Shown piece by piece: positions 39,871 to 52,475 of a stretch of DNA of 64,000 bases. The position numbers were made by a program, and so were the translations under genes. This stretch comes from Lytechinus pictus (lineage: Eukaryota): assembly GCF_037042905.1 (NCBI RefSeq), contig NC_087263.1:15440001-15504000 (forward strand), given 5' to 3'. Under the pieces are notes generated by a model, which saw only the letters and a program-made list of their open reading frames with translations, did not search any database and was not told the DNA's origin. Position 1 is the first letter of the stretch. Each line of letters opens with the position of its first letter.

Positions 39871-40801
39871 GACAGTAACAATGTGAAACACTTTTTTTTC
39901 GTGAATTTTTTTGTTAGAATTTCACGATGTTCACAATCTAATTCTAAAAAGTCAAATATCACACGAACTGTGAGTAACTTTAATTGGTTTCAGAAACAAA
40001 CTAAACCCCCTGGGTTTTTTTTTAATCTACTTTTCGCATGATCGAGTGAATCATTGTTGCAAACGTAACTAATATTCTATAAATCCACCTGTTACAGAGG
40101 ACAAGGTTATAGAAACGTATGAAAAGTATTTGATAAAATATTCCTTCCCCAACTTAGAATATTTTAAACAAAGAAAATAAGACAAAAAAATGGGTCAGTA
40201 TAGCAGTTATTTAATAGTCATCAAGGTTTCTGTTGTGGTCGGGTCATTGTGGCTGGAGATGTCACCGTGTGACGTAACAGGAATGCCTTTTTAGCCCCCT
40301 CAATTGCAGCATCAAAATAATGCGGATAACTCTGGTCCTCCTCCGATTTTACGACCAAATTATGCTGCTATTAGCCGCATAATTGGGGTTATATGTCATC
40401 CGATACGACACGATTTATAAAATAATAATCGCATTTTGCTTGGAATGTGAAATTTCCAAGAAGTAAAGTTATTACATTTGAAGTTTGGCATTATGTTCAG
40501 AACAATCAAATCATGATTTTGCTTTGCGGCAAGGCCTGTGGTCGGAGCAAAGTCTAAATCGGCATCAATTCGCAGCCGATGATGACGTCATTAAGATTTG
40601 GAATTGCATTTGCTTTTATTACTTCATGGAGGCGCGAAATAGCCTGAATGTCCTTTTCTGAAACTCTAATCGCTGAGACTTTATTGGTTAGAATGTTCGT
40701 ATCAAATAATATTACAATTTCTTTGAAAGCCGGATCGCAACGAATCGCATAGTGTGCGCCGGGCTTAAGGTGGAGACTGGACTCCATACACTATGACGTG
40801 G

Positions 40802-40837
<36 letters not shown>

Positions 40838-41744
40838 GTGTGTCTGTGTGTAGAATCAGCAACAGCGTTATGAGCCAATCTAGTCTCCTACTTCAGACTC
40901 AGCATAATGCACTACGCGCAAACCAAGGGTCTTTGCCCATACAAACTAACACCGGATATCGATTATCATAATTACCACTGCTTCTCCCTGACCTTTAGAG
41001 TAAAAGTAGATCAATTTTTAATTGCCTGAGTGGGGACCTTGGCTTTGGTGGCAAATCGCCTACAGTGGGCGTTTCGTAAAGCTGTTCGTTTAGTTACGCA
41101 TGACTTGACGCACGACTGGAACACGGTCAACTTTAAGCCAATTACATGAATTACGGGGCCTGAAACAATCTTATGTTTCCCTCATCTGTCTGACTGACCG
41201 TAAAAAAAAAGAAAAAAATGTTGCTATTTTCTTTTTGTCTTCCTTTATTTATTTATTCATCCATTTATCTATTTATTTATTCATTTACTCATTTATTTAT
41301 TTATTTATTAATATATTCATTTATTTACTTACTTACTATCTTCTTTCTACTTTTATTTATTTATTTAGTCATTATTTATATTTATTTATTAATTAATAAA
41401 TTAATTAATTTATTTATTTATGTATTACCTGTATGCAATGAGTACACAACGGATGGATAGCATTTTCCAACAGACATGACAGATAGCAAGATTTTTTTTA
41501 CGTTTTACATCCTCTTTGCATCCGTAAGTGCAGTGAAACCGAGCCTTTAGTTATCACGTTAAAATCAGCACCACATGACCACCACAGCCATGAACACGAC
41601 AACAGTTTGGAAAAAAAATAAGGGCTATGGAAAATTATCTCTTTTTTTTTTACAAGGGAGACAAGAAGTCAAAATAGTGATAATATCCGCCGAAATAATG
41701 ACTCGCGAAACTGTCCTTGGAGAGTTTTATTGCATGCGTAATCA

Positions 41745-43482
41745 TATTAATCATCATAATCAGAATCATTGTGATTATATCCATAAATATCATCACCATT
41801 AACATTACCGTTATCGTCATCATCATCGTCGTCATAATCATTATTATCAACATCTTCCTCCTCGTTATCATCTTCTTTATCATCATCAACAAAATTATTT
41901 CCTGAGCATCATCAGCATAAACTATCATCCCCATAATCTTCCTCATTTCCATCATCATCGTTTTCACTGTCATCATAAATCATCATCATCATTACCATCG
42001 TCATCTTCACCACCACTACCGTCACCATCATCACCATGATCAGTCATAATTATTATCAGGATCATCATCACTACCACCACACCATCACCATCACCATTAT
42101 CACCACAATCAGCACCATCATCGTCATCACCACCATCATCATCACCATCGCCACCACCACCACCACCATCATCGTCATCACCACCATCGTTACCATCATC
42201 ATCCTCAGTTTACCTGTTGGTTTGAAAGAAAGCGTAGCCATGTCAAGCTGAGGAGGGGGGTCGTAAAAAGTTATGGCGTAGTATCCGGACCCGGTGGTAG
42301 GCAGTAGGTCAATCCTAGTCTACAACTGTAGACCCACATCTGCAGTGTGTGTATCACAGCTGATTCAAGGAGTCTGCATAGCAGACTAGGTCTACTAGAG
42401 CCTGCAGATCATTAGAAATCTATTATAATGTTTCGCCGATGATATTTAAACTAACGAAAAAATGTTTTAAACATGTTTGTTAACAAGCTATTTGGTTTGT
42501 TCGTTTCAAAGATTGTATTTGTCATGAAATATTTAGTTTAAATATAAGAATCCTACTGATGACCTTTGCACAAAGAACTCTATTTGACCGTAACTCAAAA
42601 TCAAACTTATTTCCCCACCAATCAATAGCGCGTACAATGGGGATTGCGTTTGCTACGTTTCAAAGCAACCCCTTGTGCCCGGCCCTTTTTGAAGAAATGG
42701 TCACCACTCACCTTCAGCATTACCATCAATCAATGAATCATCGTCGTCGTCATCTTTATCATTATAATCATCATCATTACCATCATTATCATCATCATCA
42801 TCATTGCTAGTATCATTTTTATCAGCATCATCGTCATCATTATCATCGCCATTATCATTATCATCATCCCCAGGGCCCGATCCCCACCACCACCACCACC
42901 ATCATCATCATTACCAGCATCATCATTATTCTTATCAGCATCATCATCATCGTCATAATAGTCATTATCATCATCATCATCATTACCACCACATCATTAC
43001 TAGCATCATCATAATCATCACCAATATCATCAACACCACAGCCACCTTAAAATGCATTGTCGTCATCGACATCATTGTCATCATTACCATTATCATCAGC
43101 ATCATCCTTATCAGCATCATCATCACTACTACTATCATCTTCATCATAATCATCATCGTCATCACCACCATTAATACCACCATCACCACAATCATCATCT
43201 TCATCAGTATCAGCATCATCATTACTTCTATCATCATTACCACCACAACCACTTTCAACGCCACCATTAACTTTCTCCTCCACCGCCTCATCATAATCAT
43301 AACCACGACCGCCATTTATTTATTTATTTATCTATCTATCTAAAATCTTTATACAGGATAATATATAATAATAGATAGATAATATATACACTGTCACAAC
43401 ATCACAACTAAAACCATCATTATGACCACCACTACTACCACCACCACCACCGCTACCACCACCATCACCATCATCATCATTA
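41745..43482. repeat. Two (CAT/CAC)n-rich tracts (41745-42205 and 42720-43482) flanking the 42214-42401 exon
   Basis: Read directly from the sequence; a further (CAT)n tract lies at 63107-63218. Confidence 0.9.
42214..42401 (-). pseudogene. Exon ending the IPT-like domain, interrupted by a 69-bp MITE
   Basis: CTGCAG acceptor and GTAAAC donor. Removing 42318-42386 plus one TA restores, in the expected phase 1, GSSRPRIDLLPTTGSGYYAITFYDPPPQLDMATLSFKPT. Confidence 0.7.
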
Positions 43483-43748
43483 TTTCTGATCATCAATCAG
43501 AGCTTTCTCTGCCTCAGCACCTTCTCTCTGGAATAATTTGCCGTTATATTTAAGAATGATACCATCACTGGAGACCTTCAAATCTAAACTGAAGTCTTAT
43601 CTTTTCTAACGGTATTAGTTATTGGCACTTTGACACTCATCCAAACTTTCTTTCTTTTCTTGTGCGCCTCGGAATATAATATTTCTAGATAGATGGCGCT
43701 ATATAAATGCCTATTATTATTATTATTATTATTATCATCAATTCCTAC

Positions 43749-43890
43749 CAGGCTCTAAGTTAGCCCGACAATATCCCATGGATGGGTCCATAACCTTCAT
43801 GGTTGCATTGAATTCCTCGGAGTCGGATACCCGGGTGTATAGACAGACGGGTGTCGGATGTTGGTGAAACCCGGCTCCATGCACCGTTAT
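43749..43890 (-). pseudogene. IPT/TIG-like domain exon
   Basis: TTTCCTCCTAG acceptor and GTAGGA donor. Reads ITVHGAGFHQHPTPVCLYTRVSDSEEFNATMKVMDPSMGYCRANLEP, which fits the I-T-V-x-G-x-G-F...C...C pattern of IPT/TIG domains. Confidence 0.8.
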
Positions 43891-44636
43891 CTAGGAGGAA
43901 ATACAGTAAAATAAGATTGCAAAATTTAAAAATGAAGGATGTTAAATTTTCTCTTTTCTCTTGACTTTTATTTCTACAACATAAATATGGTGTGAGTGTT
44001 TTGATCGAGATATTCGTCGCCGTATCCTGGGGGCCGTTTCATATAGCTGATCGCAAGTTAAGGCGACTGGTGATCATTTCTTGTGGTAAATTATATAAAC
44101 CATTAAATGTTCATTGGTGATTATTTAGAGCGTAAGAAAGGTTCACTAGTCGTTCTTAAAGTCGCTCTTAACTAACTAACATATTTATAAAACACCCACC
44201 GGGGCAATAATTGTCATTGGCAAAATGGGGCTCAGGAGTTTTTAAACAAAGCAATGACGTACAGACAGTGGGGGCCTAAGAGGCCCATGGATACCTAAAA
44301 CAATTCACAACCAAGAAAAAAGGGAGAAGGTGAAAGAAACGGAAAGTTAAGGAATATGAGTGAAATATGAAACAATGTTCTGACTATTAATGAAAAATCC
44401 ATAAAATAAGTTTTGCCCCATACGCCATGTCTGGCCCCACAATTTGTTCTGCTTTATGCGCTTCTGCCACAATCAACCTTGTAAAAAAAAATGTCGGGTA
44501 TATCCAACGGTTACATCGTTTTTATACCGTATAACGAACTGCGCAGTGATATAAGCCTAACGAGAGCGAATCTGACCAATCAGAAGCTTTGTTACTAATT
44601 GCTCATCTTACATAGTTACAAAGATCTATATCTTAC

Positions 44637-44742
44637 GTTGTAATCCATGTTTTCAGGTACAGCTGACGGCTTTATGGTCACAACGATCATGCAGTCAGTA
44701 TGATTCCCCGCACATATATCACAGTTGTCAATGACAGCACCA
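44637..44742 (-). pseudogene. Exon joining the last Cys repeat to the start of an IPT/TIG-like domain
   Basis: TTTTCTTCAG acceptor and GTAAGA donor. Phase 2 in and phase 0 out match both neighbours. Reads (S)GAVIDNCDICAGNHTDCMIVVTIKPSAVPENMDYN. Confidence 0.85.
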
Positions 44743-44859
44743 CTGAAGAAAATAAAGTAATTATCAAATTAAGACATACAATTACAACAAATGATTGATA
44801 CACAATTACAACAGGTGGAATGCCTCTGGTGGTCTTACCTGCAGCAGTGCTGACTTTGA

Positions 44860-45692
44860 AAACTACTATAACTCGCACAAGATGTTCAGTGATACACTTA
44901 CAGAGATATGATGGTAATTCGACAAATACCCCCAACATGGCCAAAGTTCATTGACCTTACATGACCTTTGACCTTGAACATGTGACCTAAAAGTCGCACA
45001 GGATGTTCAGTGATACTTGATTACTCTTATGTCCAGGTTTCTTTAGTCAGATCCATAAACTTTCAAAGTTATGATGGTAATTCAACAGATACCCCCATTA
45101 TGGCCAAAGTTCATTAACCTTTAACCTTGGTCATGTGACTTGAAATGCGCACAGGATGTTCAGTGATACTTGATTACTCTTATGTCCATGTTTTATGAAC
45201 TAGACCAATAAACTTTCAAAGTTATGATGGTAATTCAACAGATACCCCCAATTCGGCCAAAGTTCATTGACCCTAAATGACCTTTGACCTTAATCATGTG
45301 ACCTGAACCTTGCACAAGATGTTCAGTGATACTTGATTAACCTTAAATGTCCAAGTTTCATGAACTAGGTCTTTATATTTTCTAAGTTATGATGACATTG
45401 CAAAAACTTAACCTTAGGTTAAGATTTTGATGTTGATTCCCCCAACATGGTCTAAGTTCATTGACCCTAAATGACCTTTTACCTTTGTCATGTGACATGA
45501 AACTCAGGCAGGATGTTCAGTAATACTTGATTAACATTATGGCCAAGTTTCATGAACTAGGTCCATATACTTTCTAAGTTATGTTGTCATTTCAAAAACT
45601 TAACCTTCGGTTAAGATTTGGTGTTGACGCCGCCGCCGCCGTCGGAAAAGCTGCGCCTATAGTTTCACTCTGCTATGCAGGTGAGACAAAAA
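44860..45692 (-). mobile_element. Helentron/DINE-like non-autonomous element with central tandem repeats
   Basis: One end reads (minus) TTTTTGTCTCACCTGCATAGCAGAGTGAAAC (short inverted repeat), then (GGC)n, then about 5 units of 120-195 bp sharing GATGTTCAGT(G/A)ATAC. Confidence 0.65.
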
Positions 45693-47389
45693 TGATAATT
45701 GTGATAGTAAGGATGATAATGATACAAATGTTAGTATAGTCAGTTTTTATATAGCGCTTAACACATGATAAATATATTTCTATGCGCTTCAGAAATAAAT
45801 GGAAAAAACAGATGTGTCGGTGAGTTCACACTGTTGAGTTACAATTTTGATAAGTAGGTTTCAAGGGCCGTTTTGAATTTGTCAACTGAATCAACTGTAT
45901 TTTTAAAGGAATTTGAACAGGGGCTGCATGAGCAAAGGAATGTTCACCATATGTTGTTTGTTAATATTGGAGGAACGATTAATACATTCTTCCTATTGAT
46001 AATGAAAATGAAATAAAATAAAAGACAAAATACTGGTAAAGATTGTAGTAGTAACAATGACAATAACAATGATAGCAATAGTGGAAGTAAAAGTATGAAT
46101 ATGAATACAACCCGGAATACAGTAAGGCTAACAACGCCCGCTCGTCGCAAGCATATTGGGTATTTATTATGATCGACTGAAAATTGCCAGAGCCATGATC
46201 CAATTCAGATATTAATAATAATAAAAAACACCGGATAATGTTACAAATAATTATCCGAATACTTCGATACAATGATTGCAACAAACTAATTAAATGGCCT
46301 AACTTTCTTAGTCTTTAAAACTGCTTTTTTTCAATACAAGGGCATCATCCTGTTAGCCAAAGTAACTTAAAAAAATCAGTGCTCCTTGTTTGTAAAATCG
46401 ATTTTATTCGAAATTGCGAAAAAAAAGTAAATACTCTACATTGTTCTGAAATACGTATAGAATAAAGGACTTTTTCAAATAAAACTTTGTTTCTTCCTCA
46501 TTATAATAACATGTGAAAATAATGAATAACATGAAATCGTTAACATTATTGAATCAGAATTCATACATAAACATTTTAAATTGATTATTCCAAAAGTAAA
46601 CTTCAAATTAATCTGTACATTCTTCTTTAATAATTTATTATCACAAAGGGAATAGTTATACAGCAAAGCAACTTCTGGAAATCTCTATGAATATGAATAT
46701 AAAGCACATACAGAGTTATAATCTATAGATAAATATCAAGTTGCACATGATTTTTTTCCTTTACACTACCATTAAATCAAAATAAGTTGAGAAATTTATA
46801 ATAAAATACACACACACAAAATAATCACACACTCAGCTACGCTTCACCCACCCCCATAAAATAATGCATGAGAAGAAGGGAAAGGAAAAGGGAGAAAAAA
46901 CAAAAGCAAAATGAAATAAAATGGAGAAGTTTAGGATTCGTTTCATTCTTCTTCGCCATGACGTAATAATAAGCGAAATGTTGAGGGGCGCTCCCTTGGC
47001 ATATACGATTACAAACTCATTTTGCATGGTATATGGTATTTGTTTGATAATGTTGTGTGAGACTTGGAAAAGCACTATTCTGAAATCTTGTGTTTATATA
47101 CACTGCAAAAAGCGCCGGTGTTAATTTAACATTAGCCCGGTATCTATATCGGTCCTCACCAGAGAAGCGCGGAAACACCAGTTAAGAATCAAATCGATAT
47201 TGGTTTAATGGGTGTTAGTCTAACGCCAAACTGGTGTTGTTTCAACACCTCTCTGATGTGGTCTAGGCCGGTGTTAAATTAACACCGGCGTTTTTGCAGT
47301 GCATGTTTGTGTGTACACGTGGAGACCTAGTTTCGGCGTCTGATGCTACAGAAATTGGCTATGGTATAGGATTGCATTTGTTGACGTAC

Positions 47390-47905
47390 CTGTTTGGCTC
47401 TCCGTCACATCCTATGCATGACGTGTCTTCTCCGCATTCGTTGCATTCATTCAAACCTTCATTCATATCTAGCCCTGTACCACCGAGCACTAGCGTACCT
47501 ACGGGGGGGGGGGGGGGCAGGGGGGCACTCTGCCCCAACTGACGAGCCACAACCCATACAAAAGACATATACCTGCCCCCCCCCCCCTGACGAGCTTAAA
47601 AGACCTTTTTTGCCCCCCCCTGACGAGCTTGAAGACCTTTATTGCCCTCCCTGACGAACTTGAAGACCTTTTTTTTTTTTTTTTTGCTTGTCAAATTTTT
47701 TTCTGTTACGGAAACCTTAATTTTTTTATTGAAGACCTTTTTTTTTTTGCTTGTCAAATTTTTTTCTGGTACGAAAACCTTTTTTTTGCTTGTCAAATTT
47801 TTTGGCGGCCGATTTTGCCCCCCCCCCTGTGAAAAATCCTAGGTACGCCACTGCCACCGAGGACGCAGTAGCCACATTCGTTGATCATGGCTCCGGAGTC
47901 CATAT
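47390..47905 (-). pseudogene. Cys-rich repeat exon interrupted by a hAT-type MITE
   Basis: TTTCTAG acceptor and GTACGT donor. Removing 47488-47853 plus one TSD copy leaves a 142-nt exon reading MDSGAMINECGYCVLGGTGLDMNEGLNECNECGEDTSCIGCDGEPN(S). Confidence 0.85.
47488..47853. mobile_element. hAT-type MITE inserted in a coding exon
   Basis: TIR CACTAGCGTACCTA / TAGGTACGCCACTG; exact 8-bp TSD CCACCGAG. Confidence 0.9.
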
Positions 47906-48029
47906 CTAGAAAGGATGAAAATCGATCTATATAAGCCCCCCTTTTTTCGCAAATTACATTTCTTTTTCATGCTTTTTAAATTGGATAGGAACTAATTTTA
48001 CATTCATTTTTCTGAAAAGATGATGATGA

Positions 48030-48317
48030 TAATAATAATAACGGTATATTTACCCAGGGTAGCCACTTCAGTTCCGAAAATTGTTCTCCCAGCGGGCCCT
48101 GCTATTATTATTACCCGGCTAAGCTTGGCTACCTATTCAGATGCACGCAGCTTTTTGAGGAATTACTTCCTGTCGGTACCCATTTACCTCACCTGGGTCG
48201 AGTGCAGCACACTATGGATGAATTCCTTGCTGAAGGAAATTATGCCATGGCTGGGATTTGAACCCATGACCCTCTGTTTCAAAGTCCGGAGACTAATCCA
48301 ATGGGCCACAACGCTCC
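48030..48317 (-). mobile_element. tRNA-derived SINE
   Basis: Reverse strand reads GGAGCGTTGTGGCCCATTGG...GGTTCAAATCC...CACTCGACCCAGGTGAGGTAAATGGGTACC with (TTA)n tails. Confidence 0.8.
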
Positions 48318-49438
48318 ACAAAAGATGTTGTGTCAGTGATTGCCCTTCCGAAAACTATATATAGTTATATATATCACAACTTTGGAACTCTCTTTTTGGA
48401 ATCCGTGCGCAATAAACCGACACATTTTAGTTTCAGTAATGGGTTAAAGAAAATTCTTCTCCACAAATATAAACCGCAGATATCCAACGTCTCTACTTAA
48501 GTAGCATTCTCTTTTTATTTTTATTTTTTTTCTTATTTTCTATTCCCCTCTCCTCACATTTTCATCTCCTCTTTTTATTCTTGATGTGCAGATTTCTTGT
48601 TTGTTTTGTCTGTTCTGGTCTTTTGGCTTGTTATCTGTAGTGTTTGTTTTGTTTTTTGTTTCTCTGTCCTGTTTTGTCCTGTCTTGTCCTCTTCGGTACA
48701 CTGTCTTTGTTTTGTTTTGTGTTTTTTCCCTATTGTCTTGTTAAATTTATCTTACATACAATATTTGAATCGTTATCTTGTATGTATATATATTTGTATA
48801 TGGGTATGAATATATTGTCTTAATTGTATTAATTTTTGTATAGTGCATAAACATACGAAGCTTGACCCCATTAGTAGTCTTCAAATATTCTATTGAACAT
48901 TGTTAATTTCTATTTGTATTTGATAAATTTTAATCAGTTATTTATTTCAGGGGACTCACATAAACAAGCGAAGCTTTCCAGTGAGTTCCCTTTTTTTCAT
49001 TTCTGTTATTCATATAGTATTTTGTTCCTACTTACTTTGTCAATTTGTTTGAAAAATGAAGAAAAAATAAATTCAATCAATCAATCAAAACTAGTCCCAT
49101 ATCATTAATATGCATACATATTTGTTAATGAGCTGTATCAACTTACAAATGTTTGGAATGGGATGTTTTGTTGTCGTCATGTTTTAAAACCTTCTGTGAA
49201 ACCTGTTGTATATCGCATAAGAGAATTATTAAAATGTAAGTACTAAATCTCCCAGCATGATCATTATGTGGACCACAGCCCTCATGTCCTTTATGCTCTA
49301 TTTCTCTATTTCTTTAAAATGTAAATCCGTTAATTTGTATCTGATTTATATGTCTTTTATTATGTATTGGAAATGAAGTAAAAGGAATGAATTGAATTAA
49401 ACGCCTGCAACCCCAATGAGTATAGGTATTACAAATAC

Positions 49439-49566
49439 CTCAAGGAACACTTCATGTCACAATCTCTGTGATCGGATGAGAGGAATGATGGGGCGCCATC
49501 TTCCGTTGACATGGAGCAGGCGTTACACGCATCTTGGTCGAAACCTTTTGAGGGGCATCCTGAGTC
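49439..49566 (-). pseudogene. Cys-rich exon of the same disabled gene
   Basis: (CT)n-CAG acceptor and GTATTT donor. Translates DSGCPSKGFDQDACNACSMSTEDGAPSFLSSDHRDCDMKCSL. Confidence 0.65.
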
Positions 49567-50179
49567 CTGAGAGAGAGAGAGAGAGAAAAAAAGTGTTATT
49601 CAATTTAATTATCATCTTTCCTTCATCTATATAGTACATTCTCATTTTACATAACCTTGTCGATCACTTTTTAACTATCTGATATGAAATATCGCCCCCG
49701 AATACGCAAAGGTCAAGTCCACCCCAGAAAATGTTGATTGAATAAATAGAGAAAAATCTAACTAGCATAATGCTGAACATTTCATCAAAATCGGATGTAA
49801 AATATACGGAGCCCGGGAAGGGACATTGTAAAAATATTTTTATCTCGTTAAAACGAGATAGTTATCTCGTTTTAATGAGATAGTATCTCGTTTTAATGAG
49901 ATAGTATCTCGTTAAAACGACATAGTATCTCGTTTTAATGAGATAGTTATCTCGTTTTAATGAGATAGTATCTCGTATAAGTCCATTGCATACTGGAACC
50001 GGGTAGTCCCTGTATTAAGCCTATGGGAGTGAGAGAATTCAGTAGTCCACGGGTTAACAACATAATACCCGCGAGGCTAGACTAGACTGCGCGCGCTGGC
50101 GCTAGCGCGCTCGCTGCTTAATGCAGTAATAGCGTATATAGCCAGGCGGCCATGCCATGCCAGGCCTTGTACGTATGTA

Positions 50180-51368
50180 CCAACGAACGTAGAGGGCAGC
50201 AACACACAAGCGTGTTGCTCTAAGGAAGGTCAACTCCGCTCGAATTTTGTGACCACTTTAAAAAATAAGGTGGGGTTTTGGGAAATTTGTCGAGTTGATT
50301 TTTTTTCATTTGTTAATTTCAAATATTTTTTAATGAACAATTATTAGATCGGTTATTCTGGGTATAAATATTAAAAATATTACTTACATTTTTAAAGAAA
50401 ATATTTAGCTTAAATAATCATGATATTGAAATTTTTCCTCATTTTGGAATATTAAGCCTGTGACGAGGATACCTCGTATCTCTTATTTTCTTCTGCTGAA
50501 TTTCGCTGCACCACTAATAAATGCATAGACAACCACCGTAATAATCGAGGTCATTTTTCTGGCCTGGGTGCGCCGAGTCTGGGCCGGTCGCGCAGCTAGC
50601 TAGTGACGTTGATGATGCGCTGGGGCTTCAGGCGACTCGTCATAGATCTAGCAACTTAGACAATGACGTCTAATTTGCCTGGCCTGATTTGAAGTGTAAT
50701 GGCTTCAGGGCTGATGTTTATCCACGATGATTGTTCAAGGTTAGATTTCAAATTTTAAATGTCATTTGACTTTTAAGTCTATAAATCTGAAAAAAAGGCG
50801 CTGTATCCCCGAAATCCGGGTCTAAATTTCAACTCTGAGTCCGAGACCATGGCATGGACGGCGAAAAAACAACACATGCATCGGATGCATTGCATTGGCT
50901 GCGCGCTGCGCTGCAGCTGCACTGTGATGATGGGTTCAGCGAAGAGCTCAGAGAAAATAAGGTGGTTATATTCAATCCCGAAATGCTTTGCGAGTGGTCA
51001 CAAAATCATCTCGACGCAAATCACCTAATACAGCCGTCTGGTGAAATCGCTGATAACAACAATCACCGATTTGGTAATGATTTTAGTTTCCTGAAACTTA
51101 TATTTGTAAAGTTTTAAATATCAAAGTATGTTTTTATATGTATGTATATTCCTCAACATATTTTTTAAGTTATCTTTGATATTGTTGTAGTCATATTCTT
51201 TCATATTCGTTTTTTGATCGCTACTAATTTGTTGTTGTATTGGATCGGCATTTGATTTCGTTGGCATGGACAATAAAATACGCGCGCAGCTCAGCTGCAT
51301 ATGCGCGTATCGAGTTGACCTTCCTTATAGCAACACGCTTGTGTGTTGCTGCCCTCTACGTTCGTTGG
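50180..51368. mobile_element. Non-autonomous TIR element, 57-bp TIRs
   Basis: CCAACGAACGTAGAGGGCAGCAACACACAAGCGTGTTGCT(C/A)TAAGGAAGGTCAACTC inverted at both ends (1 mismatch); TATGTA on both flanks. Confidence 0.9.
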
Positions 51369-51739
51369 TATGTACTACTAAGTTACGTCTACGGTAGATC
51401 GACTGAATTCAACCAGAAGTTGCCGGTTGCAATCGCGAGGATTGAAGGTTAGTTCACTTCTTTTACTTATTTATGGCCGGGTCATTCAATGTAAAAGTGA
51501 ACAAACAGCTAATTTAACAGATTTGCTCTTTTTCGCGATCAGTTCTAGATCTGTGTAACGTTAATTTTAAGACTGCTCAATTAGCAGACTGCAGTCCCCA
51601 TCGGAAGCGCCCTGTTCTGGGGCCCGACGCTTCAGGCTCTCCGCGGTCTGGGTCTGGGACCTTGGGCTTGGCCTGCTGGGAAGGCTGTGGTCATTTTGCA
51701 AGCTAGAGACAAAGTAAACTAGATCTAGACGTTACTTGT

Positions 51740-52269
51740 TTACGTCATATCTCCAGAGTCATTCCAAGCGGTCATGTTGGATTCTCCTGTTAGCACGTCC
51801 ACTCCCAAAGCCCAAAGAGCATTGCAGAACTCTGTGGCATTGAATACATCCTCGTTGTCCCTAGAAGAGATGACTTCCTCACAAACCGGTTCCCACATGC
51901 CACTCATATTGCCTATTTCCGGGATTCTCTGGGCCAACTCTGGAAGCACTTCAGAACAGAGGTATTCGTAGGAGTCTATCATACGATACTGTGTCCAGAA
52001 CCCACCTACAACGTCCAGGATGTAAGGTATCGTCAGTGCCCCATCTGGAAGGATCTCTCCTGGAGTCTTGAAGGGGTACCATTCATCCATTGGTGGTTCT
52101 GAACTTCTGACATCGTGGAAGTGGGTGTGGTTTGGGCTGTTGCCAGAGCAACGACCCAAAGCACTGTGAACGTTAGCGTGGAAATAAACATCTTGGTATA
52201 AAGTCACCAAATGAATTTACAACTCTTAGTCGCCAAAGGCTTGTACTCAAATCCTTTCGGAATGTTTAC
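51740..52269 (-). pseudogene. First coding exon of a disabled secreted/cell-surface protein gene (signal peptide, then frameshift)
   Basis: Acceptor CTTCTTATTTATACAG ends at 52270. ATG at 52191 gives MFISTLTFTVLWVVALATA-QTTPT (signal-peptide-like), but that frame stops. The adjacent frame continues EPPMDEWYPF...YEYLC...WEPVCEEV...FNATEFC...NMTAWNDS with several N-x-S/T sequons. Confidence 0.65.
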
Positions 52270-52475
52270 CTGTATAAATAAGAAGCGAAAAGACCACTTT
52301 AAAAATGACGATTCATTGGCCCTCGGGGAGGGAGAGACGGGCTAGATTGATCTGTCCCATCATGTCGAATGGTGCTGTTGGTCATGGCGATATACCTTTA
52401 TATGAAATTTGCTCTCTGGACAATGAGCTATTGTTGTTCCTATCTTCATTTCTCAGCAAACATTAGGCTTAGGTT

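Noticed and set aside
42318..42389. Insert functioning as a true intron at this locus
   Set aside because: Each GT-AG combination tried leaves a frameshift or an in-frame TAG.
39480..43343. Poly-His, poly-Met, poly-Ile and Asp-rich ORFs
   Set aside because: Translations of (CAT/GAT)n microsatellites.
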